Shown in pieces: positions 59,921 through 64,000 of a stretch of DNA of 64,000 bases (position 1 is the first letter of the stretch; every line of letters begins with the position of its first letter). The notes beneath the pieces were generated by a model. The model was not told the DNA's origin. It did not search any database and worked only from the letters and a program-made list of their open reading frames with translations. Origin of the DNA: a bacterium (lineage in GTDB: Bacteria; Patescibacteriota; Minisyncoccia; Phycocordibacterales; UBA5272). The position numbers and the translations under genes were made by a program. The stretch is from positions 3,800 through 67,799 of the forward strand of contig JAHFMX010000001.1 of NCBI GenBank assembly GCA_023267635.1, written 5' to 3'.

Positions 59921-60304
59921 ATGGAAATACAAAACAAATACATTCCCGGGGTCTGTAATATAGGCGACGAGGAAATTAAAATGCGGAAACGATCGGGCTG
60001 GGGCGGTTTGATTGCCACGATAATTCTTTGGGGGATTTTCGTTTGGTTCAATATCCCACCAATATGGCGACTCACGCTTTTCTTTCCCACCATGATGTCG
60101 GCAACTGGTTTTCTGCAGGCATACATGCATTTCTGTGCTTACTTTGGCTTTGCATCACTGTTTAATTTTGGACCGAATGTTGGCAATACAGATAGCATAT
60201 CGCAAGCTGAATTCCGCGCAATGGACAAAAGAAAAGCTTGGCAGATTGTTACCTATTCTATTCTTATTGGTTTGGCAGTGGCTTTTCTCGCCTACATTTT
60301 TTAA
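59921..60304 (+). CDS. Membrane hypothetical protein (GVCNIG motif)
   Basis: Last intact gene of the ArsR operon; hydrophobic segments. Confidence 0.65.
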   Translation: MEIQNKYIPGVCNIGDEEIKMRKRSGWGGLIATIILWGIFVWFNIPPIWRLTLFFPTMMSATGFLQAYMHFCAYFGFASLFNFGPNVGNTDSISQAEFRAMDKRKAWQIVTYSILIGLAVAFLAYIF

Positions 60305-60307
60305 TCT

Positions 60308-60606
60308 ACAGATATTTTCGCACATGATTTTTGGGTGGGTCCGCATATAAAGCAGTTAATAAGAAAGCCGAAAAGCAATTTAATATAAAAATGGTCGCAT
60401 TTTGGGGAATATTTCACGATCTTTTTGCGTTAACCATTCCTTTTGTTTGACACTTTTGGAATATTTTTTTTGACGGCATGAGTTTAGCCGACATTCCCAG
60501 GTCTGACGCAATTGAATCTGCGCCACAGGAAACTTTGCCGATTTTTCATCTTACTTCAATGCTTTATACCGTGAGCCATAGCGCGATCGTGCTCCTTGTA
60601 AAATAA
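60308..60606 (+). pseudogene. Degraded, truncated membrane metal-dependent hydrolase-like gene
   Basis: DIFAH.FW / frameshift / GSAYK..FWGIFHDL..FV*..LYTVSHS; no ATG, internal TGA. Confidence 0.5.
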
Positions 60607-60686
60607 GTTTTTTTAAGTTGCTGAGTGAAGTACCGTTGGTAGGGTGATTGTCCAAATATATGATTAATTCATAATTTTTAAAGTCA

Positions 60687-62006
60687 TCACGAAATAGTGA
60701 TGACTTTGTTTTTTAGTGTGATTTTAGAATTTAAACATCTTAAGAATTCTCTTTTTTCTTCTGTACTTCCTTCAACTAAAATAAACTTTGCATAATTTCG
60801 TATATCAATATCTTTTACTGCTACTTGAACTTTAGTACCAAGTAGCATTTGTTGAAAAAGTTTAAATCTCCTTACTTCATTTGTAATTCTTTCTTTCATT
60901 GGAACCACTTGAATATTGAGATCATCAATGAGGTCTTTAAGTTGTTCCACTAGGTCTTCTTCATTGATAAATCCACAAGCGCAATTCTGATCTCTAGTTC
61001 TTGTGCATTTATAGTAGACATATCTATGAACATTACCATTCTGCTGATGTTTAAACTTTTCATCTGCTGTAATTCCTGAGCCACATAATCCACATATCAT
61101 GATTCTTGTAAAAGCAAATTCTTTTTGTTCTGATTTTGGTTCAAATATTTGACTCTTTATTTTCTCTTGCACTAAATCAAAGAGTTCTTTTGTGATGATT
61201 GGAGTATGTGATCCGTTATACCAATTTCCTGAGCTTTTAGGGAACTCAAATCTTCCATAGTAGAAGTGATTTTGTAGTAACCGATAGAAATTACCTAAAC
61301 TTAAATGTATATTGTTCTCGGTCTTAAAATCTTTATCATCTTTAAGCCAACCCCATACCTTTCTACCAGACCACCCATCATAGCCAACTTTTTCAAACAT
61401 CTGTTTAATAAGAGGTGCTCTATCTTTGTCTATAATAGACTCACACTTTTGATCCATTCTTTTAAACTTCGTATATCCAGTAGGAGGACGACATGGCCAT
61501 AATCCCATTTCAACTCTTGCTCTTAAACCTCTCTTAACATTGATACTCTTATTATCATTCTCTAACTTTGCCTGAGAACACAAAATCATTAACAAGAACT
61601 TTTCATTAGGTGAGTTAGAAAAAGTTTGTCCATATGTTTGTATGTGTATTAATTTTCTTTGATCCATTAAATCAACTAAACTACCTAAATCTCCAGCGTT
61701 ACGACTTAATCTATCAGGTGCCCACGTTAGTACTCCATTAAACTTTCCTTGGTCTATATCTTGTAATAGCTGTTTATATACTGGTCGCTGTCCTGAAGCT
61801 TTAGCGCTATGTGATTCTCGTTTAACTTCTACTACATACAGTCCTAAACGCTCTGCTATTGCCTGCATTTCTTTGATCTGTGAATCTATCGACAGTGCTT
61901 GCATTTCATCTGACTCAGTCGATTTTCTGGCATATAAGCAATATTTAACTCTTACTTCTGATAAAGTTACAGTACTATGTATCTTTCCAATTGTTCTTGT
62001 TTCCAT
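60687..62006 (-). CDS. Large serine recombinase, paralog of 39799-41082
   Basis: YARKSTE, WAPDRLSRNAGDLG, KFLLMILCSQAKLENDNKSINVKRG identical to recombinase 2. Confidence 0.93.
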   Translation of the reverse strand: METRTIGKIHSTVTLSEVRVKYCLYARKSTESDEMQALSIDSQIKEMQAIAERLGLYVVEVKRESHSAKASGQRPVYKQLLQDIDQGKFNGVLTWAPDRLSRNAGDLGSLVDLMDQRKLIHIQTYGQTFSNSPNEKFLLMILCSQAKLENDNKSINVKRGLRARVEMGLWPCRPPTGYTKFKRMDQKCESIIDKDRAPLIKQMFEKVGYDGWSGRKVWGWLKDDKDFKTENNIHLSLGNFYRLLQNHFYYGRFEFPKSSGNWYNGSHTPIITKELFDLVQEKIKSQIFEPKSEQKEFAFTRIMICGLCGSGITADEKFKHQQNGNVHRYVYYKCTRTRDQNCACGFINEEDLVEQLKDLIDDLNIQVVPMKERITNEVRRFKLFQQMLLGTKVQVAVKDIDIRNYAKFILVEGSTEEKREFLRCLNSKITLKNKVITIS

Positions 62007-62352
62007 ATTATATTAATGACAGAGATCACTAGTCTTGCTAAGTCTATGCAGAACTAAAAAAGACGACATTATGAGAAGAATTATTGTCTACAAAAATGCC
62101 TTAGCAAAAGAGGTTATTTGCGATATAATCAATAGATTAATACAAGAGTATTAAGTGGAAAAATTTGCAGTAGCCTAGCCCTTTAAGCAATTAAAGATAT
62201 GGTGGAAAAGTCCTATCAGATCAAAAACCCCATCATGTGGGCTTTGCTCTGATAGGCCATATCTGGAAACGGATATGAAGGTCGTAAGACCTTACTCACG
62301 TGGTGGGATTTTTGCTACCCAACGAGAGATTACTAAGTCCTATCAGACATAT

Positions 62353-63108
62353 ATGAACCAATCAGTATCTCCTTTCGGAGATCATTTTAAATATTTAGTA
62401 GAAGAACGAATCAAAAACTTTTGGGGCTACGGTAACCTTAAAAGTGATATATGGTTTGTCGGAATGGAAGAAGGTCATAGTGGAGATATTGAAAGTTTAG
62501 TCAAAAGACTAGAAGCTACGAAAGATAAAGAGATGTTAGATATTTATGATGATATGAAGCATGATGTTGCTCATATGAAATGGTTTGAAGAAGGAGCAAA
62601 AACTCAAGCAACATATCGTCGATTAATTTACATATTACTCTATCTTAAGAATAAGGTAGAGCCAACAATAGAAGAGATACGACAATTTCAAATAAAAGAA
62701 TTTGGTAGAAAAACATCAAATCATACAGCATTAGAATTAATGCCACTTCCTGCAAAATCTATTAATGCTAAAGATTGGGTATACAAGGAAGCAAATGTTG
62801 AAGGACTACATACTCGAAAAGAATACTTAGCGACATATAGACCAAAACGAATAGCACGATTACGTGAATTAATTTCTAAGCATAAACCAAAGATTGTTAT
62901 TTTCTATTCCAGAGTATATTTACCAGAATGGAGAGAAACGATACCTGTACCTTTAGAAGAAATTAAGGATACTAAACTTCACATAGCAAAAGACCACAAC
63001 ACGTTATATGTTGTAGTCCCTCACTCAACCTCTTACGGCATATCACTTAGTGATTGGAAGAAGATTGCAGAAACCTTACTTAGTCACCATACTCATCGTC
63101 GTCATTAA
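62353..63108 (+). CDS. Hypothetical protein, possible uracil-DNA glycosylase-superfamily fold
   Basis: FWGYGN..IWFVGMEEG, ELMPLP, KPKIVIFY, VVPHS; start moved to MNQSV. Confidence 0.5.
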   Translation: MNQSVSPFGDHFKYLVEERIKNFWGYGNLKSDIWFVGMEEGHSGDIESLVKRLEATKDKEMLDIYDDMKHDVAHMKWFEEGAKTQATYRRLIYILLYLKNKVEPTIEEIRQFQIKEFGRKTSNHTALELMPLPAKSINAKDWVYKEANVEGLHTRKEYLATYRPKRIARLRELISKHKPKIVIFYSRVYLPEWRETIPVPLEEIKDTKLHIAKDHNTLYVVVPHSTSYGISLSDWKKIAETLLSHHTHRRH

Positions 63109-63490
63109 TTTCACCGACTTGATCAGACGGCATATTTAATGGATCAATAGTATCGATAGTAATTGAAGTAATTGGTACAAATGGTTTCTTCCAAAAATCT
63201 TTTGGTCGTGGTCGCATGTACTCTTTTTTATGATTATCAAGATAATACTGGATAGCACGTAGACTTCCATTATTGATATGAGATACAAGCTTACTCTCTG
63301 CAAGATCTATAATGGACTCCACCCCACATGAAAGGGCAAGGTTAACACTTTCTTGAAACTCTTTGTCTTCCTTACACCAACGATAGATTGTATTCCTCGC
63401 TAATCCTACTTTCTCGCAGGCGACGGAAATATTTGGAACGGTGTTAAGTTGTTCAAGAAATGCTTGTACCTTTTTATCCTTTTTTGCCAT
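63080..63490 (-). CDS. HTH protein, terminase small subunit-like (paralog of 49993-50406)
   Basis: ISVACEKVGLARNTIYRW..DLAESKL..AIQYYL. Confidence 0.65.
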   Translation of the reverse strand: MAKKDKKVQAFLEQLNTVPNISVACEKVGLARNTIYRWCKEDKEFQESVNLALSCGVESIIDLAESKLVSHINNGSLRAIQYYLDNHKKEYMRPRPKDFWKKPFVPITSITIDTIDPLNMPSDQVGEINDDDEYGD

Positions 63491-64000
63491 TTTGGATAAC
63501 CTTTGCTTTTTTGCCTGTTAACGTTTCATAGCGACGTATTGTTAGATCGCAAAATCTCGGCTCGATCTCTACCGCATACACCTTACGCTTGAGCTTTATT
63601 CCAGCCATGATAGTACTTCCTGAACCAGAGAAACTGTCGAGAATGATGTCGTTCATTCTTGTGCAACGACGGATCGCTTTCTCGTACACTTCGGGGGGCT
63701 TCATAGTGCTATGCTCGTACAGATTTGATGGAAGACGTTTTTCCATCCATACAGTGAGGTGATCGTGTGCTTGTTGTAATAATTCATTACCTGTTGTCAT
63801 GTCGTCATTCATGACTTCGTTTAAGTCATTCACACCTTTTGTGATATATGGCTTATTACGAGTACCGTAGGTGCACGGTTCATAGCTTTTATTGAAAGCT
63901 ATCTTAGGTGTACAATTTTGGCTGTTTTTTAGCCAGAGACATACACGACGGTTAGTGATACCAAGTTCACGATAGAGTACTTGTATCTGCCAAATATACG
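63474..64000 (-). CDS. DNA methyltransferase (paralog of 50393-51667), 5' end beyond window
   Basis: Frame open to the window edge: RVCLWLKNSQN..YEPCTYGTR..HSTMKP..DSFSGSGST. Confidence 0.88.
   Translation of the reverse strand, partial: YIWQIQVLYRELGITNRRVCLWLKNSQNCTPKIAFNKSYEPCTYGTRNKPYITKGVNDLNEVMNDDMTTGNELLQQAHDHLTVWMEKRLPSNLYEHSTMKPPEVYEKAIRRCTRMNDIILDSFSGSGSTIMAGIKLKRKVYAVEIEPRFCDLTIRRYETLTGKKAKVIQNGKKG

Larger units (their letters stand above)
39700..60606. mobile_element. Integrative element 2 (recombinase, type III RM, DGR, MTase-terS-terL, XRE/ImmA, ArsR cargo); boundaries approximate
   Basis: Gene content; abuts tRNA-Glu; right side ends in a truncated pseudogene; att sites not identified. 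Confidence 0.55.
60610..64000. mobile_element. Integrative element 3, paralogous to element 2 (partial)
   Basis: Homologous recombinase, terS-like HTH and MTase in the same orientation. Confidence 0.65.

Noticed and set aside
60308-60606. In-frame TGA as evidence of a recoded genetic code
   Set aside because: The same fragment has a frameshift and no start; intact genes end in TGA and long ORFs are uninterrupted under code 11
39692-60690. tRNA-Glu 3' duplication as att sites of elements 2 and 3
   Set aside because: I could not find a second copy of the tRNA 3' end in the window; boundaries left approximate

Overview
AT-rich window that looks like a Patescibacteria/CPR (Parcubacteria-like) chromosome. 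This is inferred from gene content and many apparently leaderless genes; TGA is used as a stop, consistent with code 11. Bases 1-19.2 kb are host-like: a surface-glycan cluster (acyltransferase, methyltransferases, GtrA, RfbD-like, GT9, Wzx, WecB, GT32 x2, GT2, O-antigen ligase-like), then tsaD, a serine protease, rlmH and a matrixin. From 19.2 kb to the end is a stack of large-serine-recombinase elements around divergent tRNA-Val(GAC) and tRNA-Glu(TTC). Element 1 (~19.2-39.4 kb, in tRNA-Val) carries a Prim-Pol replicase, type III RM, a UvrD-nuclease fusion and three tandem HEPN-motif genes; its integrase C-terminus appears to be swapped by the att site. Element 2 (~39.7-60.6 kb) carries a second type III RM, a complete diversity-generating retroelement (DGR), a capsid-less MTase-terS-terL module, XRE/ImmA and an ArsR redox/copper operon. 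Element 3 is a relative of element 2 and runs off the window. The standout is the DGR: a 120-bp TR/VR pair with 18 mismatches, all at TR adenines; avd inverted and head-to-head with RT (shared CATATG); TR apparently its own transcript; and a GC-rich, uncharacterised soluble target. All product calls come from motifs read by eye; no database searches were run.
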